From Andalucia godoyi And28 (taxonomy: Eukaryota > Protista > Jakobida), in the NCBI GenBank assembly GCA_009859145.1, contig VRVR01000046.1, positions 184,064-248,063 on the forward strand: a stretch of DNA of 64,000 bases. The letters run 5' to 3'. The notes below the pieces were generated by a model, which had not been told where the DNA came from, did not search any database, and saw only the letters and a list, made by a program, of their open reading frames with translations. The position numbers were made by a program, and so were the translations under genes. Every line of letters starts with the position of its first letter. The stretch's first letter is position 1. Positions 50,636 through 62,286 of the stretch are shown here, in pieces.

Positions 50636-50948
50636 TTTCTCGCGTGTACAGGTATTGGACGTAAAAAACCGTGCACTTTTGCAGTCCCCTGAACAGCAGC
50701 CTCATTATTCATGATCTTCTGTGCTCGCTGGCGTTCACAGCCACCTGCTGTACATCGATCGAGCCAACGAGTCCGCTTTCCCGCCAGATGGTCAGCACTC
50801 AGCAGCCTTTCATTCCCAGTTCTCTCTGTCATTCATTTTATTTTTTTTCCCTGCCACATTTCTTCTCTCCTCCTCTGCAAAAATGACCAGAAAGGTAACC
50901 GAAGCTCCAGCATAAAGAAGAAGAAGAAGAAGAAGAGTTGGCGGAGAA

Positions 50949-53900
50949 ATGACAACATTAGAAAAAGTCGGCATTTGCGGAATTCGGTCTTTTGACTCTT
51001 CCAAGATTCATGTTCTCGAGTTTGATCCTCGTTTGACAGTCATCGTTGGCCCTAATGGAGCAGGAAAAACCTCCATTATTGTATGTTTCGTATTATTGTG
51101 TTTCTTTTTTTAAATTTTATTTTAAATCTTAAAAAAATAATTGGCTTTTCCACCCTTTCAGTGTCTTACGTGTTTTGGAAACATATACGTAATTATGTAT
51201 TTTGAATGGTTTTCTGCTTCTTCTCACTGAGGGACATGAGAGAGGACAAAACCAATTCACGTACATGGCGTATGTGTATTCGTATGTGTAGGAGTCTATT
51301 CGTTGTGCTTGCACGGGTGATTTTCCTCCGAATGCAGACAAGGGGAAGTCGTTTCTTCATGATCCAAAGATGAGTGGGGACACGGAAACGCGTGCACAGA
51401 TTGTTTTGGATTTCAAGTCTCGAAACGGCAACCGATATTCGGTGAGGAGGATGTTTTCGCTAACTACGAAATCGGCGTCGACACTGAGTATCAAGACAGA
51501 TTCCGTGTCGCTCATACTGAGGAAGCCGGAAGGCGATGTCACACATTCTCGGACTTGCGTGGACGTGAACAGATTCATCCCCGAGATCCTCGGAACTTCA
51601 AAGGCACTGCTGGACAATGTCATTTTTTGCCACCAGGAAGAATCCAACTGGCCTTTGGAATCGACATCGCAGATGTTAAAAAAGAAGTTTGATGACATCT
51701 TTGCATCCACTCGATATTCCAAAGCACTAGCTCAGATTACGGACGAGATCAAGAACAAGGATCACGCGCTAGCGCTTGCTGTTGAGCAGCTTAAAGCGGC
51801 AAGGAAGGACCTGACGGTGAAGAAAGAGAAGCTCGACGAATCATCAAAGATTCGCGAAGAAATCGTTCAGATCGACAGGATGATGGAGAGGCAAAAGGAC
51901 GATATTGACAAATTGACAGCCAGATACAAAGACTCGGTGTCGAAAAGAGACGAGGTGAAGCGGCTTTTGGAGTCTATTCAGCTTCTGAAGAAGGAAGAAG
52001 AGCTCTTTCGGAGCCATATTTCTGTCGAATTGGAGGAGGATGAGGCGACAATCCGTAGCATGATACCGCTGCTGGATGCAAAGATTGAACAACGGAAAAT
52101 GCAGCTTGAAAAGCTGTCCAAGGAAGCAGATTCCGAGATCTGCTTGTTGAAGGATGCGGAATTGAATCTGAAAAGCGCACAGGAACAGCGAGCTCGTCTG
52201 GAAGCAGAGCTGACCGTTGGGCGACAATCTCACGCTGAGTGGGACCGTCGAATAATCGATTTTCTTCAAAACTTCGACGCTACGACGGCGTCGTCGTCAG
52301 CAAGTTCGAGCTCGGGGACTCCAGTAACGATGGAGGACGTTCTGCGGGTCCAGAAGAAGTATGAATCTGAAGAGACTGCGCAAAATCAAAAGTATCGATC
52401 CGATGTTCGAGAAATGCAAAAACGCTCCGAGGAGGCTTCGCAGCTTGTGTCCAGTCTGATGCAGAAGGTGAATGTTTCACAAGACAGGATTGATGAGATA
52501 TCGCAGCTCCTGAATCGAAGTGAGTCAGACCGCCTCTCCCTCGGGGATGTTCATTCTGATATGGTGACTATCTTGCGTTCCCAGGATAAAGTGCTTGAAG
52601 CAAAGATCACCGACTGCTCTTCCGACAAAGAGGCCATTTCGGCAAAGATCAGTCGGATTGAGAGACGGAGAGACTATTTGAGCCGGACAGCCGAAACAGT
52701 GCTGCAGAAGAAGCATTACAGCGAACTCGTTGCAGGTCTTCAGGAAATGATTGTCGACCGACAGTCTATTACTGCGAGTCGAAGGCAGGAGGAGAAAGCA
52801 TCTGGAATCCAGTTATCGTCCTCTTCGTCCTCGAGTGCTGTTCAGAATGACATTGATCGCGCCCTTGCAACTCGCACCGAGGCAGAGACGGAACAACGCA
52901 TGAAGGAAATGCTTCTGAAATCTGAAGAACAAACAGTTGGGGACTTTTTGTCTCGCGTCCCCCAGGAACTTCGACAGGAGGGCAAATCCCAAGTGGAGGA
53001 TTTTGACAACATTGAAGAAACCATATCCGCTTTTCAGTCCGAGCTGGATCTGCTGGATTTAGAGGTATCCAACGCCGATCATATGGGCAAGGTATACGCA
53101 AAATTTTTAGATATTTCGCAGAAGCACCACGCGTGTGCATTGTGTTCTCGTGCATTTGACGATGACCAAGAACTTTCAGTGTTTGTTCGCTCTGTTTCAG
53201 ATAAGCTCAAAAAGTTACCTTTGGCTTTTGAAGAGAAGAGAGCGCGACTCTCTGCTGGCCGGGAACGGCTTCGGCTCCTAAACGGTGTCATTTCCCTCGT
53301 CGAGTCTGCGCGCAAGTCTCAACTTGCGATCCCAGCCTTGAAGGCGGACATTGCGATTTGTGCATCCACAGTAGAGACCCAGAGATCCAGAACGGTGAGG
53401 CTTCAAAAGTTGAAAGAGTTGTTGGAAAAGGAGGAGCGGCTTTCGGAATTCATCACCAAAACGGAGAAGGAGATGAAGTGCTTGGAGATGTCGCTGCACC
53501 TTGCGGAAGATGACGGCCCTGCTTCATTTTCATCGACGTTCCCCGACGAGCAGGTTTCTACTGTCGACGAAGCCACTGAACGACTGATGAAGTTGCGCAG
53601 CGAAGAGCAAGAAGTATCAAGACAAATGGAAAGCGCGTTTCGTACGAGAAGCATGCTGGATCGACAAATCCGTGATGCGGAGGAAAAGATCGAGCGGAAA
53701 GCACGCATTCAATCCGAGATCGACAAGTTACAGAAGGAGAAGAGTAACCTGGTGCAACTACTTTCTTCATGGAAAAGTACCGCTCTCCCGGCCGCGGAGC
53801 GGCGACGAGACCAGGTTTTTAACGATTTCCGATGTTGGGATGCCCAGCAGCAGGCCCATTTGCGTGCATTTGAGCAGCGATGTTCGAATGTGCGGTCATT

Positions 53901-55071
53901 CTCAGCAGAGCTGGGCAACTTGTGGAACGGGTTTCGATTCATACGTGACGGGTCAAAGGAGGAAGCCGTCCGAGTCTTGGAGACACAAGTGACGAAGTTT
54001 GCGGCTTTGAAGGCCGAGTGTGAGCAAAAGCAAACGTCCAAGGACAGACGCGTCGGGGATCTCGATGCCTCAATTCAAAAAGCTGTGGAACTTCGTGGAG
54101 TTGCAGAAAATACTTTATTGCTGTACGAAACGGAACGCAGCATCCGGAGAAATCGCGCGACGCTGACGCAACTGCTCTTTCAGACGCTCAAGATCCAGGT
54201 GGCTCCAGAAGAGCCGGAAAGAGCGGAGCAAGCAGGGGTTGATGCACTCACGCGATTGTCTCAGGAGATCGACCAGTTTCAGGTACAAGTGCAAACTGCA
54301 AGAGATCAGTACGAATATCGACGAGGTGAAAGGACAAAGTCGCAACAGCAGCTGGACGAGATTCTTCGCAACCTCGAAAGCAAGGATGTGTACAGGGATG
54401 CAGAGAAGACAGTTGCTGCGAACCAGGTCAAAGTCAAGATGTTGAACCTTGCCAAGCAGGATCTCGCAACGTATCGAATTGCTCTTGAAGCTGCGCTTGT
54501 CGCGTTCCATGAATGCAAGATGCGCGAAGTGAATGCATTTGTCCGCGAAATCTGGCACTCCACGTATACTGGACAGGATATTGATAATATTGAAATTGTT
54601 TCTACATGCGAATCAGGAAAGCGTACGGCGTACAAGTATGCAGTTGTGATGCGCCGTCACGGCTCATCTCTTGAGATGAGAGGTCGCTGCTCGACTGGGC
54701 AAAAGGTGCTGGCATCCATCGTTATAAGACTTGCTCTTGCGCGTGCGTTTTCACTTCAGTGCGGTGTGCTCGTGCTGGATGAGCCCACGACCAATCTCGA
54801 TGCTCAGAATGCTGCTTCCTTGGCCACGGGGCTTTCAACGCTTCTTAGGCGATCTTGGCAATCTCCAGACTCGAATCCCGCAACAGGCAATTCGCTTGTC
54901 AATCAGAGCGTTCGTTCCTCCGGCGGCAAAATGCAGCTGGTCATTATTACTCATGACGAAGACTTTGTACAGCTCTTGGGACGATCTGAGTTCTGTGATG
55001 TGTTTTATCGTGTCAGCAAGGATCTTCAAACCGAGTCTTCGCTCATCCGTCAGCATCGATTCTCACACTGA
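50949..55071 (+). CDS. RAD50: DNA repair protein RAD50; join(50949..51080,51292..55071)
   Basis: Exon 1 MTTLEKVGICGIRSF...IVGPNGAGKTSII (Walker A); exon 2 ESIRCACTGDFPP...FLHDPK; FCHQEESNWPL; zinc hook CALC; MRGRCSTGQKVLAS, LDEPTTNLD, IITHDEDF. Confidence 0.97.
51081..51291 (+). other. Spliceosomal intron (211 nt, phase 0)
   Basis: GTATGT...TGTAG; removal joins GKTSII to ESIR in the canonical GKTxIIExh motif. Confidence 0.92.
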
Positions 55072-55527
55072 CGACGATTCTTCCGATTCTCAGCCGGCGT
55101 CTGGCAAGTCTAGTCTCTTTTTCTCCACCGCGTTTCTTCGCCCGTTGTAAAACAAACAAACAAGCAAACAACAAACAACACTCACTTGACCTTCCCATCC
55201 CCAAGGTCAAAATGTCAATATGATCGTGTCAGCCTGTGTCAGCGCCACAAAGACGCAAAAGGTCTTCCACTTCTGCCACCTTTTACCCCACAAACCTCTC
55301 TCTTTCTCTTTCTGTCTTCGTTTGATGGGAAAACACTTGTAGCGCCTTCTTCTTTCTTTAAACTTAAAAATAGTGAAAGCCTATTTTTTTTTTTTTGCCG
55401 TGCCTTTTCCACTCGATTTTTCTCTCCTTTTTAAATATTAAATCATCGTTGTTTTCTTCACCCCCTCCCCTCTCCCCGCTAACCTCGCACATTCACATTC
55501 ATTTACTCTTGTTGTTGTTTGTACACG

Positions 55528-57264
55528 ATGGACTTTGACTTTTTCTCCAACGACGAAAGCCGTGCTACTCGCACGTCGCCATGGCGGCGCACGCGCATTA
55601 TCTGCACGATTGGACCGAAGACGCAGTCTGTAGATATGCTGAAGCAGTTGCTGGACTCCGGGATGAATATTTGTCGTCTGAACTTTTCTCATGGGTCGCA
55701 TGAGTACCACCAGCAGACTGTGGACAACATCAAGATCGCTCGCCAGGAGGCCAACAAGATTTGCTCCATCTTGTTGGACACGAAAGGTCCTGAGATCCGT
55801 ACTGGAAATGTCGATCCCAGCATTGAAGGCGGCGAGTTCGTGTTGAAGAAAGGCCAGAAACTGACTGTTGAAGCGGGCAAGGAGGCAGTCAAAAAGCCGT
55901 GTACTCCTGAGCGCATTGCAATCGACTATGAGAACGCAGTGAAGAGATTGAAGGCTGGCGGGTCCATCCTAATCAACGACGGCATGCTTGGTTTGAAGGT
56001 CCTTGAAGTGTTTCCGGATGAGAATCGATGTGTTTGTGAAGTGATGAATACGTCTGTGTTTTCGTCCAAAAAGGGTGTGAACTTGCCTGGTGTGGAGGTG
56101 GACTTGCCTGCAATGTCTGAACAGGACAAGCTGGACATTGCCTTTGCATCGAAGAACTGGCTGGACTATGTTGCAGCATCCTTCATTCGTTGTGCGGATG
56201 ACGTTCATGCAATCAGGAAGCTGTTGTCGTCCGATAAAGAGCGACATGGACACAATGTGAAAATCATCGCAAAGATTGAAAATCAGCAAGGACTCGACAA
56301 CTTTGACGAGATCCTTGCAGCTGCCGATGGAATCATGGTTGCGCGTGGAGACCTTGGAGTTGAAATTCCGTTTGAAAAAGTTTGTCTTGCGCAGAAGATG
56401 ATGATTGCAAAATGTAACGCTGCAGGAAAGCTTGTCGTCACAGCCACGCAGATGTTGGAGACCATGATCTATTCGCCGTATCCAACGCGTGCAGAGGCAA
56501 CCGATGTGGCGAACGCAGTATTTGACGGAACAGACTGTGTCATGTTGTCTGCAGAAACTGCCAAAGGTGCATATCCGTTAGAAGCTGTTGATCGCATGGC
56601 CCGTATTTGCGCTGGTGCAGAGGCGGTTTTTGATAACCAGGGCGTGTTTCATTCCCTGCATGACCGTGCGTCCAAGTTGCAGCTTTCTCTTGATGAAGCC
56701 ATCGCCCTCTCTGCGGTCAAGACAGCAAATGACCTGGGAGCGTCGTTGATTGTGACGTACACCAACTCTGGCCGCACCGCGCGTCTCGTTGCGAAGTATC
56801 GTCCGTCTGCGCTGGTGTTCTGCATGACACCATTTGACCGAACTGCTCGGCAGATTCTTGCGTATCGCGGCTTGTTCCCTGTTGTGATTCGTCCGACGAC
56901 AATTCCGCCTGATGGCACTCCGACGTCTGAGATGTCGGAAGAGTTTGATCCGTCGCAGGCGTTTGCACAAGTGCAGTCTCCCGCACGAGAACAAGGCGCG
57001 GATGCATTCACTCGCCATCCTATACACTCTGCGGATTACATGAAGGGAATGGACATGCATGACTTCGAGGAAGGAGTCGACTTTGATTTCGTGTTGATCC
57101 AGTGCTTGAACATGGCTCGTGCTCGCGGAATCGTTCGTGTTGGAGACTTTGTCATTGTCGTTCGATCGCTCGCCGCAACCGCTGAATCGTCGAACAACAA
57201 CACCAATGTCCTGCGTGTTCTCACCGTCCCCGAGCCCCAGGTCAGTTTTGACTCTGTTCTGTAA
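55528..57264 (+). CDS. PYK: Pyruvate kinase with an insertion in the C domain
   Basis: RTRIICTIGP, MNICRLNFSHGSHEYH, LDTKGPEIRTG, IIAKIEN, DGIMVARGDLGVEIP, ATQMLETM, PTRAEATDVANAVFDGTDCVMLS. Confidence 0.98.
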   Translation: MDFDFFSNDESRATRTSPWRRTRIICTIGPKTQSVDMLKQLLDSGMNICRLNFSHGSHEYHQQTVDNIKIARQEANKICSILLDTKGPEIRTGNVDPSIEGGEFVLKKGQKLTVEAGKEAVKKPCTPERIAIDYENAVKRLKAGGSILINDGMLGLKVLEVFPDENRCVCEVMNTSVFSSKKGVNLPGVEVDLPAMSEQDKLDIAFASKNWLDYVAASFIRCADDVHAIRKLLSSDKERHGHNVKIIAKIENQQGLDNFDEILAAADGIMVARGDLGVEIPFEKVCLAQKMMIAKCNAAGKLVVTATQMLETMIYSPYPTRAEATDVANAVFDGTDCVMLSAETAKGAYPLEAVDRMARICAGAEAVFDNQGVFHSLHDRASKLQLSLDEAIALSAVKTANDLGASLIVTYTNSGRTARLVAKYRPSALVFCMTPFDRTARQILAYRGLFPVVIRPTTIPPDGTPTSEMSEEFDPSQAFAQVQSPAREQGADAFTRHPIHSADYMKGMDMHDFEEGVDFDFVLIQCLNMARARGIVRVGDFVIVVRSLAATAESSNNNTNVLRVLTVPEPQVSFDSVL

Positions 57265-57680
57265 GGCTGCCTTGTTCCTCTCCTCTCTTCTCCTCTGCCT
57301 GCTGTCTTTTTTCTTCCATTTTTAATTTTTTCAGGTTTTCTCATCCTTCCCCGTTCGTCCCTTGCCAACAACAATTCGATTAAATTAAAACAGAATCCCA
57401 CCCTCTTTTTTTCTTCTCGTTTTCCCATTTTTTTCCTTCCCTTTCTCGAATCAACGTTTATCGTCGCCGTCTTTCGACACGTCGATTCTGCGAGCCCAGA
57501 AGGGCCTTGGCTTCCAGTCCTGTGTTTTTCTCGTTCGAAAAGGAAATGGAGATTGCTCTACCTCGTTGTCGATTTCTTTCTTTCTTTTTCTTTCTGTTTT
57601 ACTGTCGAGTATTGATGCTCGCATCCGATTTTCCTGCGGTTTGCACAGAAAAATAATTAAAAAATTAAAAAATTAAAAAA

Positions 57681-59894
57681 ATGTGTGCCAACGCCAATGT
57701 GAATGCAAGTGCGCGTGAACCGGGAACGGAGACATCGTCGCGCTCACCATCACCGACAACCCAAGAGCGCCGGATTGGATCGCTGTTGCGTCTGTTTCAG
57801 TCGGAGTTTTTTGATCTGTGGATGTGCGTGGTGTACATGCGAAGGTACCGTGATCACAAAGGCGTGTTTTCGTATCTCTGTCATGAATTGTACAAGTTTC
57901 CTCAAGAGCAGGTGGAGTTCTTCCTTCCTCAAATGGTGTTTCTCCTCGTTCGATTCCCAGATGTTTTTCACGATTTGGAGCGATTCATTGTCGATCGGTG
58001 CGCAACATCAACACACTTTGCTCTTCGAGTCACATGGATGCTCTTTTCTTGCGATCCACATTTGAGTCCAGAACTGAAGGCAAACGCAATCCGAATCAGA
58101 GATCTAGTCGAGATTGTGTGCGTCAATATGAACCAGCCTGGACAGCAATCCTCCATGGATATCAACAATTCGCCGCTGATCCAGCTCAGCATACAGGCCG
58201 CTGCTCCCAGAGATACTGCATGTTCGCAAGCGTCTGTGTCTTCGGTTTGCTCGGCAGGAAAGGAACTCACGCCAAACAACCGCGAACATGGAGCCGAGGA
58301 CGCTGCAATGGGCCGTGTGTACCCGCGAGAAGACAGCGCTGTTGTTGTTTCGATCGACGCAGTTTCGCCGACGGAGCTGTCTCTGCGTCATGCGCTGATT
58401 AAGTCTGAGCGTGCCGACTTTTTTGTCAATGAAAACAAGTTTCTTCGTTTTCTTGTAGAACTGTCGACAAATTTGCGGAGTGTGGACTTGCAGCAAAGGA
58501 ACGAAGTGTTGCAGGAGAAGCTTATGAAACTCAACGGAATCTTGCCGCCGAGATTGTACTTGCCGTTGTATGACTCCAATAAGCCATTTTGCGAAATCTT
58601 ACGAATCGTTCCGGAGTGTTGCTTTGTCTTGAAGAGCAGAGAGAGAGTTCCGTACATGATGGTTGTCGAAGTTGCGAATCGAGGGCATCCATGTGCAGAT
58701 CCGATTTCTTTCATTTCAGAGCACGGAGTCTCGGACGAATTTTCCTCCAATTTTGGTCGAAATCTCCAAGGGCTCAAGGGACCGTCCGTTCGGAGGCGCT
58801 CCAGTTTTTCGAACGGGAATGCGGATGGAAGCGATCATCCTCATCACAGCCATTCACGCTCCGCAACTGTTGGTGGGTCTACCAAGCATTTATCGCTATT
58901 TCAGAATGAAGAGCATGCTGCTGATGCTGGCTCGCGTTTCTCATTGTCATATTCTGCATCCGACTTGGAGTACTTGACGACGTTCCAGGGCGTTCCGGAA
59001 GTCGTCCGCAACCCGGTCGTGGGTCCATTTTCAGACACATGGTTGGAGCGAAAACACCGCATGCGCTTAGAGTCTCCATTTCGCTTCGAGCCGGGCTGGG
59101 ATATGTTGTCCGTGATTGTGAAAGCCGGGGACGATATCCGTCAAGAAGAATTAGCCCAGCAGTTAATATCTCAGTTTGCGTTGATTTTTGCCTCTGCAAA
59201 ACTTCCGTTGTGGCTCAAACCGTACAAAGTGCTTGCAATTACTGCGGAAGCTGGTTTCGTGGAAACCATTACGGATGCGGTTTCGATTGACCAAATGAAA
59301 AAGAGCATCCCGAATTTTGTTTCGCTGAAGGGATACTTTGAAGAATTGTATGGAAAGGGTACGATGAATCTAAGACAGGCGCAACGGAACTTCGTGGAAA
59401 GTATGGCGGGCTATTCTATTCTTTGCTATCTTTTGCAGATCAAGGACCGTCACAATGGGAACATTTTGATGGACAAAGAAGGGCATGTCATCCACATTGA
59501 TTTTGGGTTTATGCTTTCCCGATCCCCCGGAAACATCAATTTCGAAGGCGAAGGGTTCAAATTGAGTGCAGAATTTGTCGAGCTTATGGATGGTGTCGAG
59601 TCCGATTTGTTCAACTACTTTCGCGTTCTTCTTCTTCGTGGCTTCTTGGAGTGTCGGAAGCACATGGATCGCGTGGTTTCTATTGTGGAACTAATGATTC
59701 CTGATAAGAGTATGCCTTGCTTCTCCAAAGATGGCGGGACCGAAACTGTAGAGGAACTTCGACAGCGTTTTAATCTGGGATTGCCCGAAGCAAATTTCAT
59801 CGAGTGGGTCAACAATCTCATTGACGATAGCATAGAGAATTGGCGGACCCGACAATACGATAACTTCCAGCGTCTGACAAACGGGATTTTGTAA
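57681..59894 (+). CDS. PI4KB: Phosphatidylinositol 4-kinase type III beta (Pik1-like)
   Basis: LLRLFQSEFFD...EFFLPQ helical domain; LKSRERVPYM; VIVKAGDDIRQEELAQQLI; KDRHNGNIL, HIDFGF; C-terminal QYDNFQRLTNGIL. Confidence 0.97.
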   Translation: MCANANVNASAREPGTETSSRSPSPTTQERRIGSLLRLFQSEFFDLWMCVVYMRRYRDHKGVFSYLCHELYKFPQEQVEFFLPQMVFLLVRFPDVFHDLERFIVDRCATSTHFALRVTWMLFSCDPHLSPELKANAIRIRDLVEIVCVNMNQPGQQSSMDINNSPLIQLSIQAAAPRDTACSQASVSSVCSAGKELTPNNREHGAEDAAMGRVYPREDSAVVVSIDAVSPTELSLRHALIKSERADFFVNENKFLRFLVELSTNLRSVDLQQRNEVLQEKLMKLNGILPPRLYLPLYDSNKPFCEILRIVPECCFVLKSRERVPYMMVVEVANRGHPCADPISFISEHGVSDEFSSNFGRNLQGLKGPSVRRRSSFSNGNADGSDHPHHSHSRSATVGGSTKHLSLFQNEEHAADAGSRFSLSYSASDLEYLTTFQGVPEVVRNPVVGPFSDTWLERKHRMRLESPFRFEPGWDMLSVIVKAGDDIRQEELAQQLISQFALIFASAKLPLWLKPYKVLAITAEAGFVETITDAVSIDQMKKSIPNFVSLKGYFEELYGKGTMNLRQAQRNFVESMAGYSILCYLLQIKDRHNGNILMDKEGHVIHIDFGFMLSRSPGNINFEGEGFKLSAEFVELMDGVESDLFNYFRVLLLRGFLECRKHMDRVVSIVELMIPDKSMPCFSKDGGTETVEELRQRFNLGLPEANFIEWVNNLIDDSIENWRTRQYDNFQRLTNGIL

Positions 59895-59940
59895 TTAATT
59901 AAAATAAATAAAATAAAAAGGTGTTCACGGCCTTCACTCT

Positions 59941-61599
59941 TCATGCAGTGAATGACGGTACTGCAGACTCCAAGACTTGACGAACTTCCTGCAGATCTGC
60001 AAGATCACTTACTGCAGCGAAATGATTATGTGCAATGAGGTCTTCGATCAACAGGTACTTGAAACCAGAAAATCTTTCGATAACATGGCCACGAGCTTCC
60101 TTGGATGGAGCATTGTCGTACAGCTGGAGGGCCTCGAGTTGGTCGTGGTGTTTTTCGTACAGTGCTCGCAATGTACAACTCCACAGTGGCACATCGTCGT
60201 ACAGCATTCGTTGGACAAGACGAAAAAACAACGAAAGGAGACTCAAAGATCGCCGCAACCACACGGACCCAAGAAGCGGTGCACCTGGAATGAAGGATGT
60301 CATGGCGTCTAAACCCTGATCGGTTTCAGTAACAAATTCCTGGAAGGGCCAGAAGCGGATTACAACATCCAGTTTGTTGGTCAGAAACAAATGCGGCAGG
60401 GGATCCGCGAGACCGGTCCACGAGAGCGGGCATTGGGAATCCAGATCGAAGAATGCCTGAAGGACTTGTCGAGCAATAAACCGAAACACCACACCTTCTT
60501 GCAGCTTTCCAACCTGATGAAGGACTTTTTGGAGCAACGCCGCTGGATCTGGCTTCTTCATGAACATTGCAAACTGCTTTCCGTACTTGTCGCTGCCGAT
60601 TCCGATATAGGGTTCAAAAAAGGGGCTGAGACTCAACTGATAGTGTGCAACGGCATAGCTTGTTATCTTGCAGTCCTCGGCCAGCTGATTTCTCGGCAAA
60701 AGTAGGAGAATGAGTGGAATCCGAGAACGCGATTCACAGCCGTAATGGAATCCAAAGGCAGCAGGCTTCATCACCGAGTCCACTATGGGCTTGATGAGTT
60801 TTGAAGCGTCATTTGCTTCCTTGATTTGGGAAGCATGATTCTCAAGGAACGCATATGCATGTGGATACTTTCTTCGCGACTGGCATGCTGCTTCAGCAAA
60901 CAAGAATCTGCGTTCCCACTCATCCCGGGACTTCTGGCGCACCTTGTCCAGGGCAACACTAAACTTCAAGCGCAACTTTTCAATCTCATCCAGAAGAGCA
61001 CTCACATCGTCGTCGACAACGACGCACTCGTCAAAGGATGCTTCGTCCAGACCGAATCTGTTCATCTGACGTGTCAGCGCTTCGCACGCTCTTTCAAGCC
61101 GCAGCAGCTTTGCAGAAATCGCTAGAACATTATCGTCAGTGGACAGTGAACAAAGCTTCTGACATAGCGCATCGAACGTTACCGCAGCAAAGCCATCTTC
61201 CGGTATCAGCAGTTGTAGCTCGGGGACGAAATCAGACTGAATTACCTGCTGGCTGTACAAAAGATCGCAGAAACGCGACCACCGTTCCGGAGAATCAATC
61301 TCCGGAGGCTTCGAGGACGTTGCGCACTCGAGGAATGCATCCTGCATTCGTTCGACATACGACTTCATCCTCGAGTTTCGGTCGTCGAAATACTGACCAG
61401 CGATTTCGAGGAACCACACGGAAAACTCGGCGGACTGCAGACGACATCGGACTACGGTCCTCCTCAGACACTCAAGTGCCCAGCAACCGTTGCACAAAAC
61501 AATTGAGTCGCTGGCAACCTCTGCGTGGGCGTGCCTGAGGAGGTGATGGTTCCAAGACTGAGCGCTGTTGCCGCACGCAGATTGCACTTGAGAGAACAT
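59941..61599 (-). CDS. Pseudokinase with N-terminal helical/coiled-coil region
   Basis: Kinase-fold scaffold (SPFFEPYIG, FAMFMKK, GKLQEGVVFRFIARQVLQAFFDLDSQ, IEDLIAHNHF) without VAIK-Lys, HRD or DFG. Confidence 0.65.
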   Translation of the reverse strand: MFSQVQSACGNSAQSWNHHLLRHAHAEVASDSIVLCNGCWALECLRRTVVRCRLQSAEFSVWFLEIAGQYFDDRNSRMKSYVERMQDAFLECATSSKPPEIDSPERWSRFCDLLYSQQVIQSDFVPELQLLIPEDGFAAVTFDALCQKLCSLSTDDNVLAISAKLLRLERACEALTRQMNRFGLDEASFDECVVVDDDVSALLDEIEKLRLKFSVALDKVRQKSRDEWERRFLFAEAACQSRRKYPHAYAFLENHASQIKEANDASKLIKPIVDSVMKPAAFGFHYGCESRSRIPLILLLLPRNQLAEDCKITSYAVAHYQLSLSPFFEPYIGIGSDKYGKQFAMFMKKPDPAALLQKVLHQVGKLQEGVVFRFIARQVLQAFFDLDSQCPLSWTGLADPLPHLFLTNKLDVVIRFWPFQEFVTETDQGLDAMTSFIPGAPLLGSVWLRRSLSLLSLFFRLVQRMLYDDVPLWSCTLRALYEKHHDQLEALQLYDNAPSKEARGHVIERFSGFKYLLIEDLIAHNHFAAVSDLADLQEVRQVLESAVPSFTA

Positions 61600-61751
61600 A
61601 TCGAAAAAAAATATAATAATAATAACATATATCTAAATCAAGAAGGGCCTGTCAGCTGTTATTTCGACAACTTCACAGACTCACTTTCTGCCCAGAAAAG
61701 GAATCGAACACGAACTCGAACACGAACACGAACACGAACACATCCACGATC

Positions 61752-61970
61752 ATGGGATTTACTGCTGTTTTGGTGGGCTCTGTGCTTGGACTTGGCGTTC
61801 AAGTATACTCGAATGCTGTTCGAAAGTTGCCATTGTTTCGACGGCCGTGGGAGCACTTGATCGCCGTGGGAGTTGGTGGTGCCTTTGGATACACGATTCG
61901 AAAAGTGGAGTTGGAGCAAGCCGAGTCTCTGCAACATCTTCTCTCCAGACAAGCGGCGAGGAAAGAATAG
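61752..61970 (+). CDS. NDUFC2: Mitochondrial complex I accessory subunit B14.5b (NDUFC2)
   Basis: VLVGSVLGLGVQVYSNAVRKLPLFRRPWEHLIAVGVGGAFG matches the GxhhGLGxQhYSNAhRKLPhhRxPWEH signature of plant/protist B14.5b. Confidence 0.9.
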   Translation: MGFTAVLVGSVLGLGVQVYSNAVRKLPLFRRPWEHLIAVGVGGAFGYTIRKVELEQAESLQHLLSRQAARKE

Positions 61971-62286
61971 ACGCGTTTCATGGCTTGACTGTTTAAGTGT
62001 TCTTTTTTTCTTTTCCAGATGATTTTGCTATGCAAAAAGAATTATGATAGAATATCCGTAGCTTTGTAAACCATTTTCCGCGGGGGTTTTTTTTTTTTTT
62101 TGTTGTTGCTGCGCCTATGGCCTGTTTATTGAAAGAGGAACAAGACGATGGCGAAAAACGCTCCAGAACAGTACCAAGCGGGAGATGCCTCATCGAGTAG
62201 AAGAAAAAGAATCAGGAAGTGTTTCAAAAAGTGCTGGCAGCGTGAAACAGAGACCTCCTCTCGAGAGACGTGCATCCGTGTGGAAA

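Noticed and set aside
51162-51188. Potential 27-nt in-frame mini-exon (AG...GTAATT) inside the RAD50 intron
   Set aside because: Inclusion would insert CLTCFGNIY into the conserved GKTxIIE Walker A helix. The donor also does not match the GTATG consensus seen elsewhere.
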